From an uncultured delta proteobacterium (lineage in GTDB: Bacteria > Myxococcota_A > Polyangia > Polyangiales > Polyangiaceae): a DNA stretch of 64,000 nt. The position numbers were made by a program, and so were the translations under genes. Location: NCBI GenBank assembly GCA_963841435.1, contig CAWJCS010000005.1, positions 128,001 through 192,000 on the forward strand, in the 5' to 3' direction. Position 1 is the stretch's first letter, and the number at the start of each line of letters is the position of its first letter. This document shows positions 1 through 15,143 of the stretch, piece after piece. The notes beneath the pieces were generated by a model. It was not told the DNA's origin, did not search any database, and was given only the letters and a program-made list of their open reading frames with translations.

Positions 1-1358
1 CCGAGCGGTCCGCCTGGGCAGCAGGCTCGGAGCCCGTGTTCACCTTCTTCCTGTGCGCAGCGTGCGGCGTGGAGCCGAAGCACTTCTGGCCCACGGGCAC
101 GGGCGCCCTCAGCGGCCTGCTTTCGTCGGGCAAGGCCGTCGACAAGCTCGCTGAGTTCGCGGCAAACCTGCTCATCGTCAAGAACGTGGACTTCCCGCTG
201 ACCGGGCCGACGGGCTGCGGGCACGCCCAGGGGCTCGCGCAAGCGCTCACGGCGAAGACACCTACGGGCAGCGGCGGCCAGGCGACCGCGTCGGGGCCCT
301 CCGCCGACTGGGTCATCTCCAAGGCGGTGAACCCTGCGGGCGTGGACCCGATGGCCCTTTACGGCGGCAACTTGAGGAACGGCTACATCGCCGATCGGTT
401 GTCCTTCAACGACAGCGGGCAGGTTCGCGCCTCCGTCGACAATCCCTACAAGCTCTACCAGACGCTCACGGGTCTCGCGGCGCCAGCGGGCAGCGGCACG
501 GGTGGTACGGGTGGCACCGGCGGCACGGGCACCGGGGGCACCGGCGGCACGACGAATCCGATGGCGGAGGAGCTCATCAGGAAGCGCAAGAGCGTGAACG
601 ACCTCGTGCGCGCCGAGCTGAGCTCGCTACTGCAAAATCCCAAGCTCAGCGCGGACGACAGGCAGCGCGTGCAGCAGCACTTCGACTCCATTCGCGACGC
701 CGAAACGACGATGACGACGATGGGCACGGACATGGCCGCCCTCGGCTGCACGATGGACGGCATCGATACGACCGTCTACAACGCGCTCCAGAACTGGAAG
801 TACAACCCGACCAACGTCGCGAGCGGCGGCATCGAGAACATCGTCGAGCTGCACATGAAGCTCGTGGCGCTCGCCTTCGCGTGCAACCACAACCGCACCG
901 GCACGCTGCAGTGGGGCGACGGCACGGACCACACCGTCTACCAGGTGCCCTCCAACCAGTCGCTCGGTAACTGGAACTTCCACTTCATCAGCCACCGCAC
1001 CCAGTCGGACGGGTCCGTCGGGCAAAACTCCACGGCCGAGGCCGCGCACGCGGAAATCGACGACCTCAGGATGCAGACGCTCGCGAACGGCCTCAAGGCG
1101 TTCCAGGATCGTGGTCTGCAGAACAATACCGTCGTCGTGTGGACGAACCACGTCGCGGAAGGTAACCACACGATGAGGAACGTCCCGTTCATCCTGTGGG
1201 GCAACGGTGGCGGCTACATCAAGCAGGGCGAGCTCGTCGATGCCGCGCACTCGAACAACGGCACGCTTCTGAACGTCGTCATCAGCGCCGCGACGGGCAC
1301 GCCGACGACGAACTTCGGCTCGAGCGGCGGCAAAGACCTCGCCGCCATCAAGGCGTAG
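1..1358 (+). CDS. DUF1552 family protein (5' truncated by window edge)
   Basis: Open frame from the window start; GCGH motif, 'LVALAFACNHNRTGTLQW', 'FHFISH', 'VVWTNHVAEG-H-MRNVPFILWG' resemble myxobacterial DUF1552 proteins. Confidence 0.75.
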   Translation, partial: ERSAWAAGSEPVFTFFLCAACGVEPKHFWPTGTGALSGLLSSGKAVDKLAEFAANLLIVKNVDFPLTGPTGCGHAQGLAQALTAKTPTGSGGQATASGPSADWVISKAVNPAGVDPMALYGGNLRNGYIADRLSFNDSGQVRASVDNPYKLYQTLTGLAAPAGSGTGGTGGTGGTGTGGTGGTTNPMAEELIRKRKSVNDLVRAELSSLLQNPKLSADDRQRVQQHFDSIRDAETTMTTMGTDMAALGCTMDGIDTTVYNALQNWKYNPTNVASGGIENIVELHMKLVALAFACNHNRTGTLQWGDGTDHTVYQVPSNQSLGNWNFHFISHRTQSDGSVGQNSTAEAAHAEIDDLRMQTLANGLKAFQDRGLQNNTVVVWTNHVAEGNHTMRNVPFILWGNGGGYIKQGELVDAAHSNNGTLLNVVISAATGTPTTNFGSSGGKDLAAIKA

Positions 1359-1454
1359 CGAGCGCCACGCGCATTGCGCGGGGTTTCTCGCCCACCTTGG
1401 AGCGAGCATCGGCGGCATTGCACGTCGGTCGCAACGACGGCACGCAGGTTTCGC

Positions 1455-2458
1455 TCAGGTGAAGCCTTCCGTGTCGATCTCGGCGCTCGTCGTGAGCGGA
1501 TAGCGAGCGCCGGTCACGGTGCGCTCGTTGATCAGAGCGTCCAGGCGCGCTGTCTTATCGGCCGTGAGCGACACGCCGACCGCACCCAGGTTCTCGGCGA
1601 GGTGCTCGACGCTCGTCGTGCCGGGGATGGGGATCACGTGCTCGCCGCGGCGGAGCAGCCAGGCGAGCGCGAGCTGGGACGGCGTGCAGCCGACCTCGCG
1701 CGCGACCGAGTCGAGCGCACCGAGGAGCCTCAGGTTCTTCGCGTAGCTCTCGGGTAGGAAGCGCGGCATCTGGCGGCGAATGTCATGCTCGTCGAAGGCG
1801 CTCACGTCGCGCAGGGCGCCCGTGAGAAAGCCGCGGCCGAGCGGGCTGAAGGCAACGAACGCGACGCCGAGCTCGCGGCATGCATCGAGGGCGCCGAGCT
1901 CCGGATTGCGCGTAAAGAGCGAGTACTCGCTCTGGAGCGCCGCGATCGGGTGGGTGACGCACGCGCGCCGCAACGTCGCCGCCGATACCTCCGACAGGCC
2001 GAGCGCGCGGACCTTGCCCTCCGCGACGAGGCGCGACATTTCACCGACCGAGTCCTCGACGGGGATCGCGTTTTTGAGATCGATGCGATGCAGGTAGTAA
2101 AGGTCGATGACCTCAGTGTGGAGGCGCACGAGGCTGTCCTCGCAATTCTTGCGGATGGCCTCGGGGCGACCGTCGATCACCCGCTTCATGCCGCCCGCTT
2201 GCTCGACGCCGGCCATACCGCCCTTCGTGGCGAGCACGACGCCGCCGCGGTGAGCCTTCAGCACGCGACCGACGAGCTGCTCGTTGGCGCCGAAGCCGTA
2301 GAGCGCGGCCGTGTCGAACAGCGTGACGCCGCGCTCGAGAGCCTCGACGATGACGCGCTCGGCGACGTTCGCTGGGGGAGGAACGCCGTAGGCGTGACTC
2401 AGGCCCATGCAGCCGAGGCCGAGCTCGGCGACGGCGAAGGGGCCGACGTTTCGCGTCT

Positions 2459-2462
<4 letters not shown>
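1455..2462 (-). CDS. Aldo/keto reductase
   Basis: LGLGCMG, FDTAALYG, IDLYYLHR, LGLSE, QSEYSL, IPIPGT motifs; ATG at 2462 overlaps the ligC stop. Confidence 0.9.
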
Positions 2463-4708
<2,246 letters not shown>

Positions 4709-4709
<1 letters not shown>

Positions 4710-5626
4710 CAGAGCTCCTCGGGCCAGTAGAGGCGCAGGGGATTCTCGACGAGCAGGCGTTGCCTGAGCACGTCGGTCACGGCGATCCGCGGAATGAAGT
4801 CGACGAGGAGGCCGTCGTCCGGCATGTGGTCCTTGAGGTTCGGGTGCGGCCAGTCGGTGCCAAAGAGCACGCGATCGGGGAACGTTTCGACCACGCGCCG
4901 CGCGAACGGCACCACGTCCCGGTAGGCGTTGCGCTCGCCGTCGAGCGCCGGGGGGCCGTTCAACGAAAGGCGCTCGGGGCAGCTCACCTTGCTCCAGACG
5001 TTGTCGTGCCGGCGCATGAGATCGAGGAACAGGCCGAATTCCGGGCCCTCCACGGGTTTTCCGACGTCGGGCCTGCCCATGTGGTCGACGACGACCGTGG
5101 TCGGGAGCGCGCCGACGAAGTCCCAGAGCTCGGGCAGGTCCTGGGCCTCGAAGTAGACGACGACGTGCCAGCCGAGCTCGCGGACGCGCCCGGCGATCTC
5201 CGAGAGCTCGTCCTTGGGCGTCACGTCGACGAGGCGCTTGATGAAGTTGAAGCGCACGCCACGCACGCCGGCGTCGTGCAAATCCAAAAGCTCGCGATCG
5301 CTCATGCCACGCCGAACGGTCGCGACACCGCGGGCCCGCCCCTGGCTCGATCGACAGGCGTCGGCCATCGCACGGTTGTCGGCGCCGTGGCAGGTCGCCT
5401 GCACGACGACGTTGCGGGAAAACCCGAGGTGGTCGCGTAGCGCATAGAGCTTCGCCTTGCCCGCGTCGCACGGCGTGTACTTTCGCTCGGGGGCGTAGGG
5501 AAACTCGTCGCCCGGCCCGAAGACGTGACAGTGCGCGTCCACGGCCCCGGGCGGGAGCGCGAACGTGGGTTTGTTCGGGTGCTCGCAGAAGTCGAGCCAA
5601 CCGGGAGTCTTTTCGAAGCGCGGCAC
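4709..5626 (-). CDS. ligI: 2-pyrone-4,6-dicarboxylate lactonase
   Basis: DAHCHVFGP, VQATCHGADN, DHMGRPD, GTDWPHPN amidohydrolase motifs; operon context. Confidence 0.92.
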
Positions 5627-5630
5627 GGCT

Positions 5631-6536
5631 CTACCTCGTCGTGCCCTTCAGGTGGATGAGGAGGCGATCGGCCTCGGTGCGAAAGTCCGGGCTGCGTGCG
5701 AAACCGTCGCTCCCTCGCTCGCCGAAGAGACCTCGCTCGGCGAGGTCGGCGATGAAACGCTGCCGCTCGGCCGCGCCCACGGCGCTCCAGGGCTCGAGCC
5801 CGGCGTCGCGCACGGTGACGGCCGCCTCCTGCATCTCCTCGCTCCGGCGAGCGCCGTGCTCGATGACGCGCTGGAAGAAGTAGGCCGCCTGTTTCTCCCA
5901 GTCGATGCCGGGAAACGTCTCGTGCAAGGACGCGATCACCGCCAGCTCGACACCGTAGTGGCGCGCGGCGGTGAAGCTTTCGATGAGGATCGCTTCGAGC
6001 CCCTTGATCATCACGCTGCGGCACATCTTCGTGGCGCTGGCGACGCCCAGCGTGCTGCTCGCGACCTTCGGCGCGAAGCCGAGTCCGCGGAGCACGGGCT
6101 CGAGCGCTGCCGCGTCGGGACCACCGAGGAAAAGCGGCACCTTGCTGCGGTAGGGCGGCACGGACGTCATGACGGCACCCTCGACGTAGCGAGCACCGCC
6201 GGCCGTCACCGGCTCCGCAGCCGTGATCTTGGCAGCGGGTGACGCGGAATTGAGGTCGAGAAAGAAGCTTCCTGCCGGCAGCTCCCCAGCGCACGCCCGC
6301 GCCGCCGCCAACGTTTGGCTCGCCGTGACGGCCGACACGACGAGCCCGGCCTCGCGTACCGCGTCGGCGTGCGACTCGGCGAGCCTGACGCCGTACGCGT
6401 CCGCATGGGCTCGGAGCGCCTCTCGGGCACCGGACCGGAGCTTGAGATCGAAGGCCGTCACCCGATGGCCCGCGGCGCCGAGATCCTCGGCGAGAATGCG
6501 CCCAACCTCGCCGTAGCCGATCAACGCGACGTTCAC
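5631..6536 (-). CDS. NAD(P)-dependent oxidoreductase (6PGD/DUF1932 type)
   Basis: GYGEVG Rossmann motif, DLNSASP, ATKMCRSVMIKGLEA, HGARRSEEM; start taken as GTG 6536. Confidence 0.8.
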   Translation of the reverse strand: MNVALIGYGEVGRILAEDLGAAGHRVTAFDLKLRSGAREALRAHADAYGVRLAESHADAVREAGLVVSAVTASQTLAAARACAGELPAGSFFLDLNSASPAAKITAAEPVTAGGARYVEGAVMTSVPPYRSKVPLFLGGPDAAALEPVLRGLGFAPKVASSTLGVASATKMCRSVMIKGLEAILIESFTAARHYGVELAVIASLHETFPGIDWEKQAAYFFQRVIEHGARRSEEMQEAAVTVRDAGLEPWSAVGAAERQRFIADLAERGLFGERGSDGFARSPDFRTEADRLLIHLKGTTR

Positions 6537-6621
6537 GCGGGCGCCCTTCGAAGCGGAGGGACGCGCGGCGAGCTCGAGGCGAGACCGCTCGGATAGCGAC
6601 GGTGGCTCCGGATCGCGCTCA

Positions 6622-7305
6622 TCAGTCGATGTAGCGGAGCCCCGCCCGAGCGAGCGTGTCGCGCATTTCGTACATGTCGAGGCCGAGCACGCCAGAGGCC
6701 AGAATTTCGCGCTTCCTTCGCTCGTTCTGGGCTCGCTTCGTGGCGGCTTCGAGCGTTGCGGCCGCCATCGCGCGAGGCACGCAGACGACGCCGTCGTCAT
6801 CGGCCACGATCACGTCACCCGGGTGCACGAGAGCGCCGGCACAGACCACGGGAACGTTGACGGAGCCGAGCGTTGCCTTGACCGTGCCCTTGGGGCTCAC
6901 GGCCCGACTCCAGACCGGGAACTCCATCTCGGCGAGATCCTTCACGTCGCGGCAGCCGCCGTCGATGACGAGCGCGCGGGCACCACGCGCCTTGAACGAG
7001 GTCGCGAGCAGATCTCCGAAAAAGCCGTCGGTGCTCTCCGTCGTGACCGCGGCGACGACGATGTCGCCCGGCTCGAGCCGTTCGGCAGCCACGTGCAACA
7101 TCCAGTTGTCACCCGGCTGCAAGAGCACGGTGATCGCCGTTCCGCCCACGCGCGCCCCTGGGAAGATCGGCCGCAGGTAGGGCTTCATCACGCCGACGCG
7201 GCCCAGCGCCTCGTGAACGGTGGCGCTGCCGAAGGCAGCGAGCGCGTTGACGAGCCGGAGCTCCGTTCGCTCGATGTTTCGATACACGACTCCGAGCTCG
7301 TACAT
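6622..7305 (-). CDS. ligK: 4-carboxy-4-hydroxy-2-oxoadipate aldolase
   Basis: [43 protein letters not shown] (RraA-like aldolase). Confidence 0.93.
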   Translation of the reverse strand: MYELGVVYRNIERTELRLVNALAAFGSATVHEALGRVGVMKPYLRPIFPGARVGGTAITVLLQPGDNWMLHVAAERLEPGDIVVAAVTTESTDGFFGDLLATSFKARGARALVIDGGCRDVKDLAEMEFPVWSRAVSPKGTVKATLGSVNVPVVCAGALVHPGDVIVADDDGVVCVPRAMAAATLEAATKRAQNERRKREILASGVLGLDMYEMRDTLARAGLRYID

Positions 7306-7307
7306 GG

Positions 7308-9586
<2,279 letters not shown>

Positions 9587-10273
9587 TCATGCGGGGTCCA
9601 TGCCGTGGTGTCGCTTCGCGTCGCTGGTCGCTTCCGAGGCCATGAAGGCGACGAATGCCCCGGCCGGGTCCGGTTGGCGTGAGCGCGCGCCGAGCGCTGC
9701 CGAGAAGGTCGTGACGATCTCCATCGCTTTGGGCAAGGGACCGACGATGTCGATGCCCTCGACGTGCATCAGCTCGGACAGCTGCTGGAAGCCGAGCTCC
9801 ACCTCGCCGCGCGCGACCAATTCCCCCACGGGCACGCCGGGGGGCGCCACGATGATGCGCTCGCGCAAGCGTTCGGTGACGCCCCAGCGCGCGAACGCCT
9901 CGGCGAGCTGCACGCCGCTCGGGCCGGTGGAATGGCCGATCGTGCGCGCGGCGAGCACGGTGCGTTCGAGGGCCTCTTCGGTGTCGATCGCGGGCCGCGG
10001 CGCGCCGGCGCGGACGGCGACGGCAACCCCCGAATGCGCGAGCGCAACCTCTGGTCCCGTGAGATGGCCGGCGGCGAGCAGCTTCTCGATGGCATCGCGG
10101 GCGAGCACCACGACGTCGAAGACCTCTCCGTCTTCGATGCGCTTTTTGGCGTCGACGCCGCCCACCGATTGGATGGACACCTCGCATCCCGAGCGCGCCT
10201 CGAAAGCGCGGGCCAGCTCGCCAAGCAGGGCCTTGGTGGCCATCGACGAAACCACGGAGATCGGTTCACTCAT
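9587..10273 (-). CDS. ModA-like (SBP_bac_11) protein with no signal peptide
   Basis: SSMATKALL, GGVDAKKRI, STGPSGV, ELGFQQLSEL, GPLP; no hydrophobic N-terminus; first gene of the operon. Confidence 0.75.
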   Translation of the reverse strand: MSEPISVVSSMATKALLGELARAFEARSGCEVSIQSVGGVDAKKRIEDGEVFDVVVLARDAIEKLLAAGHLTGPEVALAHSGVAVAVRAGAPRPAIDTEEALERTVLAARTIGHSTGPSGVQLAEAFARWGVTERLRERIIVAPPGVPVGELVARGEVELGFQQLSELMHVEGIDIVGPLPKAMEIVTTFSAALGARSRQPDPAGAFVAFMASEATSDAKRHHGMDPA

Positions 10274-10534
10274 GTCGCTCGGGGCGTCCGCCCTCGAGTG
10301 GAACGCTCGCTAGTATGCGCCTGTGTTCGAGCAGATCGAGCAAAACCGCGACCACGCGACGGGTACGTGAAATTACCTACGCGCGACTCGTATCCTCTCA
10401 GCGCTCTTTCGACGTGCACTCGAGCGAGCTCGTGTGCGTGCCGTCTCGTGAACGAAGCGAAAAGCGTTCGGTGAAACAACGTCCCTCCCCTGGCCGCGAG
10501 CCGCGAAGCGACGCGCGTGTCATAGTGCGGCGCC

Positions 10535-11167
10535 GTGAGGCGTTTCGTCGTGCTCGCTCTCGCGATCGTGCTTTCCGGCTGCGGCAGCGGCATCGGGCGA
10601 CCGCTGCGTTCCGACCGGGGTGCCGCTGACGCCGCGAACGGCGGCTCGGGGGGTGACGGGGCCGGCCTCGGAGGATTGTCGGGCTTCGGAGGGCTCGGCG
10701 GCGGCGGCACGGCGGGCGCTGGCAGCGACGTGCCGCCAGGCGACGAATGTTCCTCCGTCGCCGACTGGCCCGAGGACGCGCGCGCCCAGGAGGAGTGGAC
10801 GCTCACGATCGTCAACGGTTTGCGCCAGGCGGGTCTCGACTGCTCGGGCGACCGGGGTGCGAGCTCGGCGCCCGCCCCCATGGACCCGGAGCTGCGCTGC
10901 GCCGCGCGGCTGCACGCGCGCGACATGGCCGAAAATGGCTATTTTTCACACGTGGACCTCGCGGGCGACGGCCCGGAGGAGCGCATCGCGCGTGCAGGGC
11001 AGGCGTTTGGCGTCGCCGGGGAAGCCATCGGGCAAACCGATTCCGGGCTGCCCGTCTTCGTGCCCGCCGACGACGCGGACTGCGCGGCGCTGCTCGACGG
11101 GCGTTTCGACGCGGTCGGCGTCGGCGTGTTCGACGCGATGACCACCGTCGACCTCACGGGCCCCTAG
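10535..11167 (+). CDS. CAP/SCP domain lipoprotein
   Basis: Lipobox LSGC, Gly linker, LRCAARLHARDMAENGYFSH, GEAIG. Confidence 0.8.
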   Translation: MRRFVVLALAIVLSGCGSGIGRPLRSDRGAADAANGGSGGDGAGLGGLSGFGGLGGGGTAGAGSDVPPGDECSSVADWPEDARAQEEWTLTIVNGLRQAGLDCSGDRGASSAPAPMDPELRCAARLHARDMAENGYFSHVDLAGDGPEERIARAGQAFGVAGEAIGQTDSGLPVFVPADDADCAALLDGRFDAVGVGVFDAMTTVDLTGP

Positions 11168-11308
11168 CCGAAAGGGGCTGCGAGGACCGGCGACGAAACG
11201 GCGTGAGCCCTGGCGGGGGCGTTCGGGCACTCTCTTCTGGGCCGTCGAGCGGCCCCTTTCGCGAACGCGCCGCCCAGCGACGGTCATCGCGAAAAACCTC
11301 GTAAAAGC

Positions 11309-11972
11309 GTGAGCATGGAGCCTTCCCCGTTTTCCAAGAGCGCTCCGCACGACGGTGGCCCGGCGCCGGAAGCCAAGGTCGTGCGGCTGCCGCTGCCGGA
11401 GACGGACGCGGCGCTCGTCACGGCGGTTCTCGCCGAGCGGCCCGGCGCCCCAGGGCGGTTCTTCGAACGCTTCAGCGACGACGTTCGAACGCATCCTCTG
11501 GCGCGTCCTCGGACCGGACCCCGAAATCCCGGATCTCTTGCACGACGTGTTCCTCGTTGGACTGACGACGCTCGCGCGGCTCAGAAACCCGGACGCCGTG
11601 CGTAGCTGGCTCGTGGGCATCGCAGTCCACAAAGCCAAAAAACAGATCCGCGATCGCCGGCGCGCACGCCGGCTGGAAAGTACGGCGCCTTCGGACCTTC
11701 CGGAGCGGACGGCGCCGAGCACACCCCCGGAGGCGAGCGACGCGCTCCGGGCGACCTACCGCGTGCTCGGCCAGCTCCCCGTCGACGAGCGCATTGCGTT
11801 CGCGCTCAGGCACATCGACGGCATGGAGCTCACCGAGCTCGCGGTCGCGGTCGGGGCGTCGCTCGCAACCGTCAAGCGTCGCCTGCGGCGCGCGCACGAC
11901 GGGTTCGTCACGCTCGCCCACGACGAAGGCGCGCTCGAAGGCTGGCTCGACGAAAGGACGTTCCGCCGATGA
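11309..11972 (+). CDS. ECF sigma factor (apparent +1 frameshift near 11484)
   Basis: N-terminal frame ends ERFSDDV and continues in another frame as ERILWRVLG..DLLHDVF..SWLVGIA..SLATVKRRLRRA (regions 2 and 4). Confidence 0.82.
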
Positions 11973-13243
11973 GCCCGCTGGACCCGCCGTTTCGGCGCAT
12001 CGCCGAGGAAGAGGACCGCTTGCGCGCGGACGGTCGCGCGCGCAAGGAGGCAGGAGCGCGCATCGCCGCGTTTCGGGCGCCGCCGAAGCGCCGCACCCGA
12101 GCCTTCGTCGCGCTCGCTGCCGCGGCGGCCGTGCTCGCGCTCGTCACGGGGGCGGCTTTTGAGCTCGGGGGCCCGGCGCCGCTCGGCGTCGAGCTCGTCG
12201 GCGCGGAGCGGCGACCCCTCGTGGGGGTTTGGCTGGGTGCTCCAGCGGGGGCGTCGGTACCGCTGCGCTTTTCGGACGGTACGCGGATCGAGCTCTCGCC
12301 GAGTTCGCGCGCGCGCGTCGCCGAGGTGCGTCCCGAGGGTGCGCGCATCGAGCTCGAACGCGGACGGCTGCACGTCGAGGTCGTGCCGCGCCCGGGGGCG
12401 CACTGGGATCTCGTCGTCGGCCCGTTCGCCGTGCTCGTCACGGGCACGCGCTTCGACGTGAGCTTCGACCCCGAGCGAGACACCTTCGTGCTCGCGCTCG
12501 AGGAGGGTTCGGTGAAGATCTCGGGTTGTGCGTTCGGAGCCGCTCGCGAGCTCGCGGCGGGACAGACCGTGCGGGCTACCTGCCAGAAGCCGAGTGTGTC
12601 GGTGAGCTACGAGCCGCCGTCGCGCGAGGACGAGCGCGCCGCCGAGGTGCTATCGGCGCCAGCAGCGTCCGACCGCACTCGACCCCCCGCCGCGGCCCAG
12701 GACGAAAGTGGCCCGCCGGGTGACGCGCTTCCACCACGCGCGTCACCGGGGCCGGCTCCGAGCGCAGCGCGGGCGCCGCAGGAGTGGGTCGAGCTCGCGC
12801 GGCACGGCGGGTACACCGAGGCGATCGCGGCGGCGGAGGCGGCGGGGTTCAGCGCGGAGGCGAAGAGCGCGAGCCTCGAGGAGCTCGTGTTGCTCGGCGA
12901 TGCTGCCCGGCACGGGGGCGCTCCGCGGCGCGCCGTCGAGGCCTTCACGCTGTTGCGCTCGCGATTTCCTGGCACGAGCGACGCCGCGCTCGCCGCCTTC
13001 ACGCTCGGTTGCCTCGAGTTCGACGCCTTCGCGGACTACCAGCGCGCCGCCGGCTGGTTCCGCACCTACCTCGGCGAGCAGCCGGGCGGCCCCGTCACGC
13101 GCGAGGCGCTCGGACGCCTCACGGAGGCGCTCCACCGCGCCGGCAGCGAGAACGATGCACGCGAGGCCGCCCGCCGCTACCTGAAGCAGTACCCTTCGGG
13201 CCCCCATGCGGAGCTCGCGTCACGCCTTCTCGAAGCACCCTGA
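11969..13243 (+). CDS. FecR-domain anti-sigma factor with C-terminal TPR
   Basis: TM helix, FSDGTRIEL, LERGRL, VTGTRFDV, EEGSV; C-terminal YLKQYPSGPHA; overlaps the sigma stop. Confidence 0.85.
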   Translation: MSPLDPPFRRIAEEEDRLRADGRARKEAGARIAAFRAPPKRRTRAFVALAAAAAVLALVTGAAFELGGPAPLGVELVGAERRPLVGVWLGAPAGASVPLRFSDGTRIELSPSSRARVAEVRPEGARIELERGRLHVEVVPRPGAHWDLVVGPFAVLVTGTRFDVSFDPERDTFVLALEEGSVKISGCAFGAARELAAGQTVRATCQKPSVSVSYEPPSREDERAAEVLSAPAASDRTRPPAAAQDESGPPGDALPPRASPGPAPSAARAPQEWVELARHGGYTEAIAAAEAAGFSAEAKSASLEELVLLGDAARHGGAPRRAVEAFTLLRSRFPGTSDAALAAFTLGCLEFDAFADYQRAAGWFRTYLGEQPGGPVTREALGRLTEALHRAGSENDAREAARRYLKQYPSGPHAELASRLLEAP

Positions 13244-13265
13244 GGGCTGGCTCCGCTCGGCGCGG

Positions 13266-14412
13266 ATGCCGCTTTCCATCGTGAGCGTGCTCGTCGCGTT
13301 CGGCGCGGGCGCGGGCTCGGCCGCGCGCCCAAGGTGCGCCGCAGGTTGCCGCCGGGGGCGCGCGCGCACCGAGCACGGAGCCCTCGATCCTGCTCGTGAG
13401 AACGCCGGGCGACGATGCCGTCGTCGCGCGTCTGCGCGCCGAGCTCGCGCCGAGCCGATGGGCCATCGTCGAGCTCCGTCCCGATGCCCGGCGGGCTGCG
13501 CTGCCCCTCGCCGAGTTGGCGTTGCGCGAGGGCGCCACGGCCGCCGTGCGAGCCCACGCCGCGCGCGGCGAGGTCGAGCTTTTCGTCGCGCACGAGGGAG
13601 GCGGCGTCGAGGAAACGGTCTCGGTGCCAGAAGGACGAGAGAATGAACGCGTGCTCGCGCTGCGTACGACGGAGGTGCTCCGCGCGCGCGGGCTCGATCT
13701 CGACCGAGCGCCGGCAGCAACGAGCGCCGAGGTGCCCGCGCTGCCGACGCGCGGGGCCCCGGCACCGGGCCCGCACGACAGGGGCGTGGTGCCTCCGCCC
13801 GCGACGCTCGGCACCGCGCGCCGGCCCGCGGACCGCAGCGTTTGGCTCGAGGTCGCCCCCGCAGCATCGTTGGGGCCCGGCGGATTGCCTCCGGCCGTCG
13901 AAGGGGCGCTCGCCGCGCGCGCCGACCTGCTGGGCCCCTGGTCAGTGGCGCTCTTCGCGACGGTTCCGCTCGTCCCCCAGACGCTCGAGGCCCCCGAGGG
14001 GCGTGCGCGAGTCTCCACGTTCGTCGCGGGCGCGGCGCTCGACGGCGCGTGGCTCGGCGGAAGGGTCGCCGCGTTGAGCTCGGGATTCGGGGCGGGCCTT
14101 TCGGCCACCGGGATGAGCGGCGAGCCGAACGCCGGTTACCAGGGCGCCGACGACACCGTGCTCGCCGGGATGCCGTTCGTTCGTTCGGCGGCAAGCCTGG
14201 TCCTCACGCCGACGCTTCGCCTCGTGGCCCGCGTGAGCGCCGGCGTGACCGTTCCCCGCGTCCGGGTCTATTTCGGCGACCGCGAGGCGGCCACCTGGGG
14301 TGGGCCCGTCCTTTCGGCGAGCCTCGGGCTCGAGGTCGCCCTATTTGGCCTGGGAGGCACCCCGGCGCCCCGGTCGTCGGCGAGCGTGAGCCGTCCCGAC
14401 CGGTCTCGGTGA
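13266..14412 (+). CDS. Secreted/outer-membrane hypothetical protein (apparent frameshift near 13325)
   Basis: Signal-like MPLSIVSVLVAFGAGAGSAAR in one frame; main body with alternating beta-strand-like C-terminus in another frame. Confidence 0.6.
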
Positions 14413-14441
14413 CTGTAGGTTCGACTCAGGAGGTCCTCCGT

Positions 14442-15035
14442 ATGCAACGACGAAATTATCCGATCGCCATCCTCTGCTCGACACTCGCGCTCGCGGTCGG
14501 CTGCGGCTCGGGGGACGACGGGGGCGGCAGCGGTGGCAGCGGGGCGACGGGCGGCAGTGCCGCGGGCAAGGGCGGCTCGACCTCGACGGGCGGCACCGGC
14601 ACCGGTGGCGCGACGGGCGGCACCACGGCGAGCGGCGGCAGCGGCGGCTCGGCGGGCACGGGCGGGAGCAAGTCGAGCGGCGGCAGCGGCGGCTCGGCGG
14701 GCACGGGCGGGAGCAAGTCGAGCGGCGGCACCTCGGGCACCGGCGCCACCGTGGGAGGGTCCGCTGGCCTCGGCGGGGTGGGAGGCATCAGCGTCGATCC
14801 GGGCGAGTGCGCCACCGCGAACCCGATGAATGGCGAGCCCTGCGATACGAGCGGCGTCGTGTGCACCGGCACCAACGGCGGCTGTGCCTGCTTCGATCTC
14901 GGCGCCGGGCTGGTCTGGACCTGCCTCGACGGGATCGCTGCGGGGGGCGCCGGTGGGCTCGGCAACACCGGCGGCTTCGGCAATTTCGGCGGGTTCAACG
15001 CCGGGGGCATGGCCAACGCCGCGGGCAGCAACTAG
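14442..15035 (+). CDS. Gly/Ser-rich lipoprotein with small Cys-rich domain
   Basis: AGGAGG RBS at 14428, lipobox AVGC, Gly-rich linker, CAT..PC..C..CAC..WTC. Confidence 0.8.
   Translation: MQRRNYPIAILCSTLALAVGCGSGDDGGGSGGSGATGGSAAGKGGSTSTGGTGTGGATGGTTASGGSGGSAGTGGSKSSGGSGGSAGTGGSKSSGGTSGTGATVGGSAGLGGVGGISVDPGECATANPMNGEPCDTSGVVCTGTNGGCACFDLGAGLVWTCLDGIAAGGAGGLGNTGGFGNFGGFNAGGMANAAGSN
14631..14730 (+). repeat. 45-bp in-frame tandem repeat (about 2.2 copies)
   Basis: agcggcggcagcggcggctcggcgggcacgggcgggagcaagtcg at 14631 and 14676. Confidence 0.9.
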
Positions 15036-15143
15036 CGCTCGCCCGGCGTCCTTGGGGGCCGGCTTTGGCCCAGCGCCGTAGCGGCGAGCTGCCTGTCACG
15101 CCCGCGGGCGCCCAGAATCGGTGCTCAGCGAAGGCGTCGTGCC

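Noticed and set aside
14631-14730. CRISPR-like or mobile repeats (also 52384-52490)
   Set aside because: In-frame tandem repeats encoding Gly/Ser linkers, with no spacers or cas genes
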